Source of the DNA: an uncultured bacterium
GTDB taxonomy: Bacteria; Acidobacteriota; HRBIN11; JAKEFK01
Direction: 5' to 3'
Assembly: GCA_963777505.1 (NCBI GenBank)
Contig: CAVZQN010000001.1
Span: forward strand, 640,001-704,000
DNA: 64,000 nucleotides
Shown here: piece by piece, positions 51,578 to 61,106 of the stretch
Layout: every line of letters begins with the position of its first letter
How positions within the stretch are numbered: the first letter of the stretch is position 1
Notes under the pieces: model-generated
Told to the model about the DNA's origin: nothing
The model's database searches: none
The model's input: the letters and a program-made list of their open reading frames with translations, nothing else
Position numbers and translations under genes: made by a program

Positions 51578-54508
51578 TTACATCTTATCAGGATCCAGCT
51601 TCAAAAAGTTTTCCATGACCCATATTTCGCTGCTATCCGTTACAGTCCAGATTGCAATCCGCTTCCCATCTGGATGGATCCTCATGTCATAAATATATTC
51701 ACTGGATATTCCAAGGTCTTTAGGATTGCCACCGTTTTTTGAAATACTCCAAAGCCGGTGCGGACTATCAATCAAATCCCTGCGGCCTGTTGAAAATATT
51801 AAAGATTCACCATCAGGCCTCCAGGCTAAAGCCGAAATCCACTCCGGCATTTTTAGTGTGTAGATAGACTGGGTGTCTTTACCGTTTGCAGGAACAATTC
51901 GTATCGAGCTGATTCCTTTATTGATATCAGTACTCATCACTGCTAACCAGCGGCTGTCGTATGAAAGGTCGAAATCGGCCGCATCATCATAAATTTTCTT
52001 TTCTTTTCCCGTTGAAATTTCTTTTTCAATAATTGATCCATCTTTATTCATGAGATAGAAAATGGAATTGCCATCTGAAGATGCATGATATTGGCGTACC
52101 GAATTTGTTGGACGATCTGCTATAACTCGAGATGATTTACCTGTATTGACGTTAATCGTATAAAGGCCGGGACCTTCATTTTCACTGCTACCTCGAAATA
52201 GAACGGATTGCCCATCTGGAGAGAATCTGGTTCGTCCTCCTGCTGAAAGAACTTCCGGAAGAACCTGTCGAACTTCACGTGACTGCAACGACACAATTTT
52301 CAAAGCAACCTGCTGCTGCTGAAACGAAGTCCAACGCGATGACAATGGATGGGACAATGATTGAAAGATCAGGAAATTTCCATCTCTTGAGAAGTCTGGA
52401 GCTCTGCTGAATCCAACATCACCTTCGGCAATTCTGGTAGGTGCTGAACCGTTGTCTAATGTCGCAGTAAACACATCCATTCCGGACATTAGATGCGCAT
52501 AGTAAAGTGATCCATCTTTCGTAATTTTCATCGGTAAAATCTGACCAATATCTTTTCGAATTAATTCCGGAGTTTCCGCCGCTTTACCATTCATAATGCG
52601 CAAACTCCATGCATCATTTGTAGCTGAACGATCGCTTGCAAAGAGAATCCTGTTTCCATCCGGTGCCCATCCGAGCAAATAATCATTCGCGGGATGCGTA
52701 GTGATCCGTGTTTCGGAGCCATCCCTTAGTGAAACTAAAAACAGATCGTGATTCGGAGAACTCTTGTCTTGATGTAAGTCGTAAGCAAGATAACGGCTAT
52801 CAGGCGAAAAACTGATTTTCCGAATTCCCGTTGAATGAACTTCCTTCAGGCTTCTCAGTGATCCATCTTTAACCGATACTACACCGATGACAGCAGTTCC
52901 ATCCTTGCGTAAAAGGTGAGCAGCGATCTGTTGGCCATCTGAAGACCAATCCCGTGGAGTAATCCAAAATTCCTTGGAACGAAATAAAGTGCGTATTGTC
53001 CCTCCGGATGTGCTGACACTTCGCAATTCGGAACCAATACCAGATGATGGCCCGATGGAGTATGCGACTTGTTTTGAATCCGGAGAGAGAAGAGTAATCA
53101 CGGGATGAGGAATAAAATCAAAAGGATGAAACCAGACGTTCGATTTCGTTAGCAAACGTTTTTTCTTCGTAACAAGATCGATGGCCATTACGTTGGCTTT
53201 TTCCCAATCAATGTCGATCAAAACTTTGCCATCCGTTGATACGGCACCTGGAGGAGTCCCCGTTGCTCCGGTCCAGATTCTTTTTGCGATCACTTCCGAA
53301 CTTGATTTATTTGGTGATTGTCTTGTTTGCCAAAAATATGCAATTAGAAAAATGCCGATAAGAAGAACAGAAAGACCAAGAATCATGCGGCTGCGATGAC
53401 GTGAGGGGATTAGCGGCATCGTTGTGACTAAAGATTTTTTTGTGATCGCATCCATCACTTCGGTTGCGTTTTGAAATCGATGCTTTGGATTTCTTTCTAA
53501 ACAGCGAAGGATGATCCGTTCCCACTTCCTGCTCAGATCAGGAGCGATTAACTTTGGCGAAGGAGCATCTTCACTGATTCTTTTAGCGGCAACTGTCAGA
53601 GGTGATTCTCCCTCCAGTGGGAGACGTCCGGTCATCATTTCGTACAGGACAAGCCCAAGCGCATAAACGTCGGTTGCAGGTGTTATCTGTTCCTTTTTCA
53701 ATTGCTCGGGGGCCATGTATTGAGGTGTCCCTAAAACCTGACCTGTCTGCGTGACATCGAGCGATCCGCTTGCTGCAAGTCCGATTGCAAGACCGAAATC
53801 GGTGAGCACCGCACGGATGCCGTTTCCATTTGGGACTAAAAGGATATTGCTCGTCTTTAAGTCCCGGTGAACAATACCAAGGCGATGCATTTCTGCAAGG
53901 GCTTCCAGAATTTGTAATACTATATTTGTAGTACTATTTTCTGTATCTGGGCCTTTCTGTTTGATTTTCTGGTGCAGGGTTTCGCCCGGCAAGAGTTCCA
54001 TCGTCAGAAAAAGCTGATCGTCGTGCTGGAACAAATCAAAAATCCGGCATGCATTCGGATGTGTGACTTTACGAGCCAGATTTATTTCGCGGTGAAATCG
54101 CTCCCGAGCCGCTGAGTCGGCGATTAGATCCGATCGCATCGTCTTCAATGCTACGGTGGATTCAAGTTCTTGATCGTATGCCTCATAAACGGTTCCCATC
54201 CCGCCTCTTCCAAGTTCGCGGATGATTCGGAAACGTCCCGCCAGTAACGTGTCGGGTTCGAATTCAAGACCTGAGGAGGTATCAATTGCTTTCAGCAAGC
54301 CAAGTTCTTGATTGACCATTCCTTCAAACGCATGACCATTATTCATTGCAGCAGACAAAAGTTCTTCGACTTCGCTTCGTAATTCTTTATCAACTGATTC
54401 GAGAAAGTTTTCGCGTTCGGCAGGATTCAATTCAGACGCTTGATGAAAAATGCTCCACAGTTTTTCCCAAGCTTGTGGCGATTTTAGACTTCCCCCTGTG
54501 GAATCCAT
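51578..54508 (-). CDS. Ser/Thr protein kinase with TM segment and PD40/WD40-like beta-propeller
   Basis: N-terminal WEKLWSIFHQA...ER segment, GRGGMG, HRDLK, DFG, YMAPEQ, many SPDG/WSSDG repeats. Confidence 0.93.
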   Translation of the reverse strand: MDSTGGSLKSPQAWEKLWSIFHQASELNPAERENFLESVDKELRSEVEELLSAAMNNGHAFEGMVNQELGLLKAIDTSSGLEFEPDTLLAGRFRIIRELGRGGMGTVYEAYDQELESTVALKTMRSDLIADSAARERFHREINLARKVTHPNACRIFDLFQHDDQLFLTMELLPGETLHQKIKQKGPDTENSTTNIVLQILEALAEMHRLGIVHRDLKTSNILLVPNGNGIRAVLTDFGLAIGLAASGSLDVTQTGQVLGTPQYMAPEQLKKEQITPATDVYALGLVLYEMMTGRLPLEGESPLTVAAKRISEDAPSPKLIAPDLSRKWERIILRCLERNPKHRFQNATEVMDAITKKSLVTTMPLIPSRHRSRMILGLSVLLIGIFLIAYFWQTRQSPNKSSSEVIAKRIWTGATGTPPGAVSTDGKVLIDIDWEKANVMAIDLVTKKKRLLTKSNVWFHPFDFIPHPVITLLSPDSKQVAYSIGPSSGIGSELRSVSTSGGTIRTLFRSKEFWITPRDWSSDGQQIAAHLLRKDGTAVIGVVSVKDGSLRSLKEVHSTGIRKISFSPDSRYLAYDLHQDKSSPNHDLFLVSLRDGSETRITTHPANDYLLGWAPDGNRILFASDRSATNDAWSLRIMNGKAAETPELIRKDIGQILPMKITKDGSLYYAHLMSGMDVFTATLDNGSAPTRIAEGDVGFSRAPDFSRDGNFLIFQSLSHPLSSRWTSFQQQQVALKIVSLQSREVRQVLPEVLSAGGRTRFSPDGQSVLFRGSSENEGPGLYTINVNTGKSSRVIADRPTNSVRQYHASSDGNSIFYLMNKDGSIIEKEISTGKEKKIYDDAADFDLSYDSRWLAVMSTDINKGISSIRIVPANGKDTQSIYTLKMPEWISALAWRPDGESLIFSTGRRDLIDSPHRLWSISKNGGNPKDLGISSEYIYDMRIHPDGKRIAIWTVTDSSEIWVMENFLKLDPDKM

Positions 54509-54547
54509 CTTCTAGATCATAGAACAAAGTAGGTAGTAGGGGCGACT

Positions 54548-55667
54548 TCATTCCGAACGTGGACTGGTCAGCCCGCTTTGCGGCAAGCCGCGGCGTGTGA
54601 CAAGATACACTGCGAAGCTGCCAAGCCAGTGCCCCCCTTCGTAATGTTCACCCGTTACAGCCTTCAGGCCTGATTTACGATGAATCGCAGCCGCGGATTT
54701 CAAACTCGCAACGCGCAGTATCTTCCGGGGGAAGGCCTGACGCAATTCCTTCCAACATCCAGGCGCGACTGAGATTGAGACCATCCAGATGTGCAAGTTT
54801 TCCATCTGTGGGATCGGTCACAACTCCCGGAACAAGCCAGCCGCCACTGCCATCCATCGGAATGGCCGGAAGGAAAGCCTTCAGCCACGCGGCAAATTCA
54901 ACCGGTGAGAGAATTCTGCGCAGAAGATCAGCTTCTGCAATGCAAGGAGAAAGAAAATCCTGCCCCGAAGGTTCATAGGAAATCGGACAGTTGCGATCGT
55001 TTTTATAGAGTGCAATGATTCGTGAAATCAGCAGCTCCTTCATTTCAGAATCGGCAGCAATTCGCGACCAATCAAGAATGAGCCCGAAAGCGAATGCTGT
55101 TTGCGGATGTTCCCCCTCACGAATAGGGTACGAAAGTTTCGGAAGCCAGTTTTTCAATCGCAGTGCCGCTGCTGATTCCAAAGGTTTCAGAGTCTCGGAC
55201 CATTGTCGCGCTTGAGGATCATTCCATTCCCGCAATTCAGCAGCAAGTTGAAGCAACCACGCGAGCCCGTAAGGACGCTCGAAAGTTTCTCTGCCTTTTC
55301 TCTGAAGGTATTCGACCTCCACCGCAATATTTTCCGGCGTCAAACTCTTTGCCAGTTCCGCGCGACTTCGCTCGGTGAAATTTCCATCCGGAAACATTCG
55401 CATTAGCCGGACGAGCAGCCAGTGACCATGCACCGCCGAGTGCCAATCGTAACAACCGTAGAATGCAGGGGTCAATTCGCGCGGCGGTTTGGCATCCGCA
55501 TCGCTGTCGAGTGTGTGCGCAATTTTGTTTGGATACTCTTTGTGAATGCAGGTCAGCGCAAGTCCCGCAAACCGCTCCGCCGCTGCCTGATCAAATTCCG
55601 ACACCGCATCTTCAGCAAACAACTTGCTGGCCAACAAAATGATCAATGCACACAGATGCTTTTTCAT
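54548..55667 (-). CDS. DUF2891-family exported protein (frameshift near 54715)
   Basis: PAFYGCYDWHSAVHGHW, FERPYG, HLDGLNLSRAW; the conserved tail HYEGGHWLGSFA is in the frame of ORF 54548-54805. Confidence 0.82.
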
Positions 55668-55775
55668 TTCTGGATTTTATCATCTCATTGACTGCGCCAC
55701 GATTTATAACACGCCTCATCATCATGCCAGGCAACGCCAAAAAAAATTCACCAAGTCCAAAATGAGAGCGCGCGG

Positions 55776-55967
55776 TCAGTTGCGACGTGCCGTCCGGCGC
55801 GCGACGCCTGCCACACTAACAGGCGAGCGTGGACGCCCCACTTCGGCATTGACGACTGAAACAAGACCGTCGTTGCCGCGAACCGAGAGCAGTTCTGCCA
55901 ACTCAAGACCACCTACCACGATGAGGGCAAGCAGCAATAGGACCTGAATTTTCTTTGATATTCTCAT
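55776..55967 (-). CDS. Small exported protein with VGRPxSPVSVAGVARRT motif, probably truncated
   Basis: ATGA overlap with the DUF2092 gene; signal-like N-terminus. Confidence 0.6.
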   Translation of the reverse strand: MRISKKIQVLLLLALIVVGGLELAELLSVRGNDGLVSVVNAEVGRPRSPVSVAGVARRTARRN

Positions 55968-56815
55968 TTCTCACCTTCCATGATGAAGTTGCTCGGAAGC
56001 TCACCAGCGTCCTTTATCTTCTTCAGTTCGTCATGAGTGATCTTCCGGGCATTAGCAGGCGCCGTAAAGCGGAAATCCGTTGACGGGACGTCATCGCCGG
56101 TCTTCCAGTTCCGGATTTGAATACTATACTGCGGGCTGCTGGCCACGGCCTTGGTCGTAACAACGTACCGGCACGGATACGGACGATCTCCCTGCGCGAT
56201 CCAGATCTGCCAGTCCACTTCGCGGCTTCGAAATGCGAGGTAATCGCACTCGGTGCCACCGATTACGCCACTGCCCAGATCCTTGACGTCGACAACGTCC
56301 GCCATCAGTTCGTCATAGGCTTTCGTAACAAACAAGTCGGCCGCCGGCAAAGGACGGTCGTACTTGTTCTGCAGCTCATCGATCATGTGATCAATCGAAC
56401 CGGGCGTTTCGACCTGCGCGAAAACGTTCCTGTTCCGGCCGAGCACGGTTAGCATCTTTCCATCGAAGACCATCTCGATATCAACGAACCCGCCGGACCG
56501 CGTAAAGCGGGCCTTGTCTGGGCGCGCCATCGCCACCGTCCCAGAGGCCGCCAGCGCAAGTTTCTGCTGGTCCTTCGTAACAACCTCCAGGATCGAGTCG
56601 TATTCGAATGAAATCGTCTTCTGCCCCGCGACGTAGTCCGCCATTGCCTTCAACAGACTTTTCGCCTGGGCTTCGTCCGCGTACAAACACGGTGACATCG
56701 CCATCCACGTCAACAGCGCAAGCGCCGATGCCACCGCGAACGTGATCTTCGGTTGACTCTTCATTTCAACCTTTCGAGACATTTTTTTCATAACCAGTCT
56801 CCTTATACTTTGCAT
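55964..56815 (-). CDS. DUF2092 periplasmic (LolA-like) protein
   Basis: RPDK, FDGK, PLPAADL, VDWQIWI..G..PYP motifs; GC-richer than the backbone. Confidence 0.85.
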   Translation of the reverse strand: MQSIRRLVMKKMSRKVEMKSQPKITFAVASALALLTWMAMSPCLYADEAQAKSLLKAMADYVAGQKTISFEYDSILEVVTKDQQKLALAASGTVAMARPDKARFTRSGGFVDIEMVFDGKMLTVLGRNRNVFAQVETPGSIDHMIDELQNKYDRPLPAADLFVTKAYDELMADVVDVKDLGSGVIGGTECDYLAFRSREVDWQIWIAQGDRPYPCRYVVTTKAVASSPQYSIQIRNWKTGDDVPSTDFRFTAPANARKITHDELKKIKDAGELPSNFIMEGEK

Positions 56816-56938
56816 TCGTTGGTCCCTTTCACGATTGTATTTTACTAGAAAGTGGTCGACGTTCCATAAGCAGCAATGGAAGAATTAGTAACGTCTGTAT
56901 CTAAAATCATTTTTGCTGTGCCAAATTTTCACATGATT

Positions 56939-57250
56939 TTATTTCATTCCATTAATTAGCCCGTATATTGATGGGATAATCTTGCCAGCGGCCAGATCCT
57001 GAGGTTCAAGGCAGATTTCGTGGAAGAACTCATCAAAGGAAATCCAGAAACTACACTGCTCAATCTGAACGATTAGAAGCCTTGTGTCAGGACCATCGAT
57101 TGCTCGTATTATTTGTGCTCCCAGTCTAGCCGCCCAAGCTTGGGAACAGTCAGAAAAATCCTCGTAGGAACATTTGCCGATAGCGATGGAGTGTTGACCT
57201 GATGCCATCGATTCAAGGCGTGGATAACCCGGTTGGATTATTTTTGACAT
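56939..57250 (-). CDS. Cassette-encoded hypothetical protein (DUF3630-like)
   Basis: 103-aa ORF starting 13 nt after an attC core; family call is tentative. Confidence 0.6.
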   Translation of the reverse strand: MSKIIQPGYPRLESMASGQHSIAIGKCSYEDFSDCSQAWAARLGAQIIRAIDGPDTRLLIVQIEQCSFWISFDEFFHEICLEPQDLAAGKIIPSIYGLINGMK

Positions 57251-57263
57251 TTTTCTTCAGGCC

Positions 57264-57443
57264 GCCGAACGCCGGAATTCAGCGGCAACGCCGAAGCGAG
57301 AGCTAGCAGCTTGCTTGCTTTTTCCCAGCGTCCACCATTCTAACGCATTAGAGCTTTTTCTTCCACACGTGATACTTTGCCGATCCCAAGCGGCATGCGC
57401 GAGCAGGGCCGCCAGGTGTTGTCGCTGGAGAGACTTGTTTGGC
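57264..57443 (-). other. Long attC site (~180 bp)
   Basis: Minus strand GCCAAAC..CAGCGACAACACC ... GGCGTTGCCGCTG..GTTCGGC. Confidence 0.8.
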
Positions 57444-57450
57444 TGGCCTG

Positions 57451-57771
57451 TTATCGAAGGCGAAACAATTTTCTTTTACCCTGATCATCAAATTTTTCAA
57501 TAACAACATTTTCTGCAGATTCTATGCAAACGGTTTGCATACGACCAGGTTTCTCGACCTCAAATGGACACACTGTAAAGTCTGCATAAATATGGGTTCT
57601 AAAGTTTAGATATTTGTAGAGACGATTGGGAACTATTGGATCTTCACCATATGCAGCGCCAAGAATTCTTTTCGTAGGGACAGGCCAAATTCGAAAAGTG
57701 GGCGTGCCGTTGTAAGGAGACATCCTGCCATGGACTTGAAAGCAGGAAGAGACAACTTCTCTGTTGTTGAT
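57451..57771 (-). pseudogene. 5'-truncated cassette gene (hypothetical protein)
   Basis: CFQVHGRMSPYNGTPTFRIW...TVCPFE..KPGRMQTVCIESA; the predicted ORF start lies inside the upstream attC, which lacks its R' core. Confidence 0.6.
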
Positions 57772-57948
57772 GCGGGACTCAGCGGCACCGCCGAATCCGA
57801 TGCAAGAGCATGCCCTTACTTTTGTTGCCCGGTACAAAACTATTCTAACGGATTAGAGTTTTCCCTGCCACAAAGTAATTTAACTGAATGCAAGCCGCAT
57901 GCGCGAGCAGAGGCGCCGGTGTTACCCGCTGCAGCGATTTTGTTCGGC
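57772..57948 (-). other. Long attC site, R' core deleted
   Basis: Minus strand GCCGAAC..CTGCAGCGG..ACACC ... GGCGGTGCCGCTGAG; interior homologous to attC 57264-57443. Confidence 0.72.
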
Positions 57949-57952
57949 CGCG

Positions 57953-58303
57953 CTAAATTCGAACCTCGCGTTGGGATGCCCCGACGGAACCCCTTCTAAT
58001 GATCACTTTTGCATTTCTACATAGTGGGTATTCGCGCAAGACGGGTTCGATTGCGGCAAACAATAATTCAGCATCCGGGCCGTACAAATAAACGAGCGTT
58101 TCACCAGGTCCACTCTCATTGCCGTCATATTCGCCTAAACCATCACGAACTACCGATTGTAGTTTTTCTTCAAGAGTCATGAGATCGCAAGTGGCGTAGA
58201 TCTCATCAGGAAGATTCATACCATCAAGATGGATGATAACCGCCTGCTCGTTTTTTAAAAGAGCCTTCGCTTTTTTCCCAAATAGTTGATCGAAAATACC
58301 CAT
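57953..58303 (-). CDS. Cassette-encoded hypothetical protein
   Basis: 116-aa ORF filling the space between two attC sites; AGGA RBS. Confidence 0.75.
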   Translation of the reverse strand: MGIFDQLFGKKAKALLKNEQAVIIHLDGMNLPDEIYATCDLMTLEEKLQSVVRDGLGEYDGNESGPGETLVYLYGPDAELLFAAIEPVLREYPLCRNAKVIIRRGSVGASQREVRI

Positions 58304-58316
58304 ATATTCCTGTGCG

Positions 58317-58374
58317 GCCCAACGCTCCGATTCAGCGGCGGCGCAGCGCCGTCCGCTGCAACCGGTTGTTAGGC
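58317..58374 (-). other. Canonical short attC site (58 bp)
   Basis: Minus strand GCCTAACAACCGGTTGCAGCGGACGGCGCTGCGCCGCCGCTGAATCGGAGCGTTGGGC; the upstream gene stops in the R'' TAA. Confidence 0.92.
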
Positions 58375-59670
58375 GGCGCTGGCATTGACAGATCGACTCC
58401 TACGCTTGCGTCGAATCGACCAGGCGATTGTTGGCACAGCCAGGACGATCACGAGGCTGCCGAGACCGATCAGGCGAAGCATCCCCGGGATCGCCATCGT
58501 GAACGCGAGGAAGTCCACGTTGCCCGTTTCCCAGAAGACCCACTCGCCGGCCAGCCGCGTAGCGAGGAGGGGCTTACCGGTCTCGAGAATCACGATGCCG
58601 TTGCCGGTGGCCGGGTTGAGACGTGCGGCGGTATTTATCGCAGGCTCGTTGTTGCCGTCATGACCGACGACGAAGCCACCTTTGTTGTTGCTGGCGTACA
58701 GGATGGTTCCAAGGCCCCAGATGTCTTCCGAAAACTTGGATGCGTGCGGCCGCCACATCTCGTTGATGATTGCTGGCGCAAGCACGCCGCGCCCAATCGG
58801 CTCGCCGTTCTTTCCCGGTAGGTGGGCCTGAACGAAACGCGTGAGGTCGGACACCGACGTGTACAGCGACGTAGCCGCAACCGCCGAAAAACGATAGTGA
58901 GTCGACGGTTTGGAGTCGACGTCGTAGAACGTCGCGAGTGTCGATCCCTCTGCAGGTGTCCAACTGTATGACGAGCGAACCATACCCAAGGGTCGGAAGA
59001 TGACGCGCTGCATGAAGCCCTCGAACGATTCGCCGCTCACTTCTTCGATCAGGAGCTGAAGGATTGCATAGCCACCTCCCGAGTACCGCCACTCGGACCC
59101 GGGCTCGTATCCGACCTCTATAGTGCCGCTGGCCCCGGGAGACACATCCGCGGGTCGCTTGAGGGATTCTTCCAGTGACTGCACGGCCGCGTTGGGCGCG
59201 AAGCCGGCGTAGCCAAGTCCGTCGGTGAGCCCGGCGGTGTGACTCAGCAGCCGCCGCACCGTCACCTTGTTGTTGTCGAACTTGCTTTCGGGGAGCGCCC
59301 ACCGGGTCAGGTAGGTGCTAACGGGTGCGTCCAGGTCGAGCTTTCCCTCTTGGACGAGCGCCATAACACCCCAAGCGGTGATCCACTTGCTGAGAGAAGC
59401 GGTTTGGAACACGGTATTCACGTCCACCGCTTCGCCGACGGAGACGGCATGGACGCCGTGGACAGAGCCATCGTCGATTACGGCGAACACAGCGTTGCCT
59501 GTGTTGCTGGAATCGACGAGCTTGGCAGCGGCGTCCATGAACCCGGCGGTGTCACCGCGAGGAGCGAGTGTCTGCTTCCACCAGCCTTCCGAGGTCCCAA
59601 CGAACACGACGACGGCCCACAGAACGAGGAGCGCGAGAGTTGCTAAACCGACGCGAAACACAGCTTTCAT
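58369..59670 (-). CDS. Cassette-encoded serine hydrolase (beta-lactamase/AmpC-like family), membrane-anchored
   Basis: SLSK (SxxK), LLSHTAG, WRYSGGGY, HDG; GC-rich. Confidence 0.88.
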   Translation of the reverse strand: MKAVFRVGLATLALLVLWAVVVFVGTSEGWWKQTLAPRGDTAGFMDAAAKLVDSSNTGNAVFAVIDDGSVHGVHAVSVGEAVDVNTVFQTASLSKWITAWGVMALVQEGKLDLDAPVSTYLTRWALPESKFDNNKVTVRRLLSHTAGLTDGLGYAGFAPNAAVQSLEESLKRPADVSPGASGTIEVGYEPGSEWRYSGGGYAILQLLIEEVSGESFEGFMQRVIFRPLGMVRSSYSWTPAEGSTLATFYDVDSKPSTHYRFSAVAATSLYTSVSDLTRFVQAHLPGKNGEPIGRGVLAPAIINEMWRPHASKFSEDIWGLGTILYASNNKGGFVVGHDGNNEPAINTAARLNPATGNGIVILETGKPLLATRLAGEWVFWETGNVDFLAFTMAIPGMLRLIGLGSLVIVLAVPTIAWSIRRKRRSRSVNASAA

Positions 59671-59764
59671 TTGATCCTCTCACTCGTTTCGATACGCTGA
59701 TCTTGTTCTTGCGACGCGTCGTCTTTCTAGCCAGCCGCAGCCGCCACAGTGAGAGTCGTACGCC

Positions 59765-59845
59765 GCCTAACGCTTGAACTCAGCGGCGCGAATCCGCGGA
59801 TGAGCGAAGCGAAGACGCGGTGAGCGTCCGCTGCAGTGAATTGTT
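59765..59845 (-). other. attC site, distal part (R'' box displaced to 61077-61083 by the IS insertion)
   Basis: Minus strand AACAATTCACTGCAGCGGACG...CGCCGCTGAGTTCAAGCGTTAGGC. Confidence 0.85.
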
Positions 59846-61076
59846 CTATGAAAGGAAGTCAAGTCGAAAGATAGTTCCCTTCATTGTGGGCTTTCCTAGA
59901 ATAGCACCCACTGCGGTTGTATTTTACTGAAAAAGTCGGCAATGCTCCAAATGAGTCCTTTGTTAAGGGAAGTTTTTTTAGCAGACGTTGATTTTGCAAT
60001 CACTTTATTTTGTGCTGAAAATTTTTTCTTACTGATTTAGCCGAAAATGATTTTTGGTAACCAAAGTTCTATTTGTGGCTCAAAGGCCAACGGCCATTAT
60101 CCGTTTATCCGAAGGGGCATACCGTTAGGCAGGTGCCTGGCTGGTTGTATAGCCGGCTGACAACTCACTTTGATGCTCACCTTCGATTGGCAGCAATGAA
60201 AAATTCAGCAACGCCTGAATTCAGCAATGAATCGTGGCTCGCCTGTTTTCCATCGCTAATTGAACGAAATCATTTTTGCTGTACTAAATGTTTCACCTCG
60301 CTTCCAAAGAATAAGAGTGATTGATGCAAGTTTTCTTGCAATCGAAAGGATTGCCATTTCGGCCCGAATCCCTTTGGCAATCTTTCGCCGGTACAATGTT
60401 TTCATCGGATCTTTTCGGATTGCTTCCACTGCCGCACTCTTAAAAACCATTTTTAGAATGCGATTGTAATCGCGCGTAAGACCGCGAGTGGCATGCTTGT
60501 GCTGTTTTCGAATGACCGGCCACCGATGATGTCATGATCAGAACTGGAATGAATGACAACCGATAATCCACTGTAACTGCAAAGCTGACGGTCGGTTCGA
60601 AAACGGTGCGGAGTACCAATGACAGCTATCATAAACGCTGCGCGAATTGGACCAAAACCGGGAATCCCACGCAAAATCCTTTGTATTGGATAACGCCTGG
60701 CTTCCTTTAGAAATACTTTCTTGATTTCTTTGCGTTGTTCTTTGAGTAAATCTAACTGAGTGTAGTAAAGAACAGCTCGCATCCTACTTTCATCAATTGG
60801 AAATTTCGAAAGCCACTCTTGCCGATTTCGTTTGTAATAAACATCTCGACCCACACAGCAAATCGACCAACCTCGGTAAAGCGCCTTGATCCGATTCATC
60901 ACTCGAATTGAATCACTGACTGTGGCTAAATAACCATGAGCCAAGTCCCTCAGTTTGCGAGTGTTTCGATCCCCTTGATAGATTTTGTTTAGTTCGCCAA
61001 GCCGTAACCAATTTGCTATTAGTTGTAGTTTCATCAACCACAGACTAACACTCAGGGGTGCCCTTTCTATATATCC
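59846..61076 (-). mobile_element. IS110-family (IS1111-like) insertion sequence inserted in an attC
   Basis: AAC core on both flanks; sub-terminal IR-like TAT(A)GAAAGG; TTGACT near the right end; ~410-bp non-coding region downstream of the transposase. Confidence 0.82.
60256..61037 (-). pseudogene. IS110 transposase remnant (N-terminal DEDD domain missing, frameshifted)
   Basis: IPGFGPIRAA, RFRTDRQLCSYSGL...SS, then ARKLA in a second frame; only ~260 codons. Confidence 0.85.
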
Positions 61077-61106
61077 GTTAGCCGGCCTGACGGGACAACG
61101 GTCGTT

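Noticed and set aside
58369-59670. Possible beta-lactam resistance gene
   Set aside because: SxxK family membership alone does not show beta-lactamase activity; YSG and HDG motifs and TM anchors fit a generic serine hydrolase or peptidase.
58312-59777. Many overlapping ORFs (up to 214 aa) on both strands over the serine hydrolase cassette
   Set aside because: Shadow frames expected in GC-rich DNA; no recognisable motifs; they overlap a well-supported gene and attC sites.
57264-59845. Possible CRISPR array, or group II intron at the attC sites
   Set aside because: Repeats are imperfect palindromes separated by whole genes; no cas gene or reverse transcriptase in the window.
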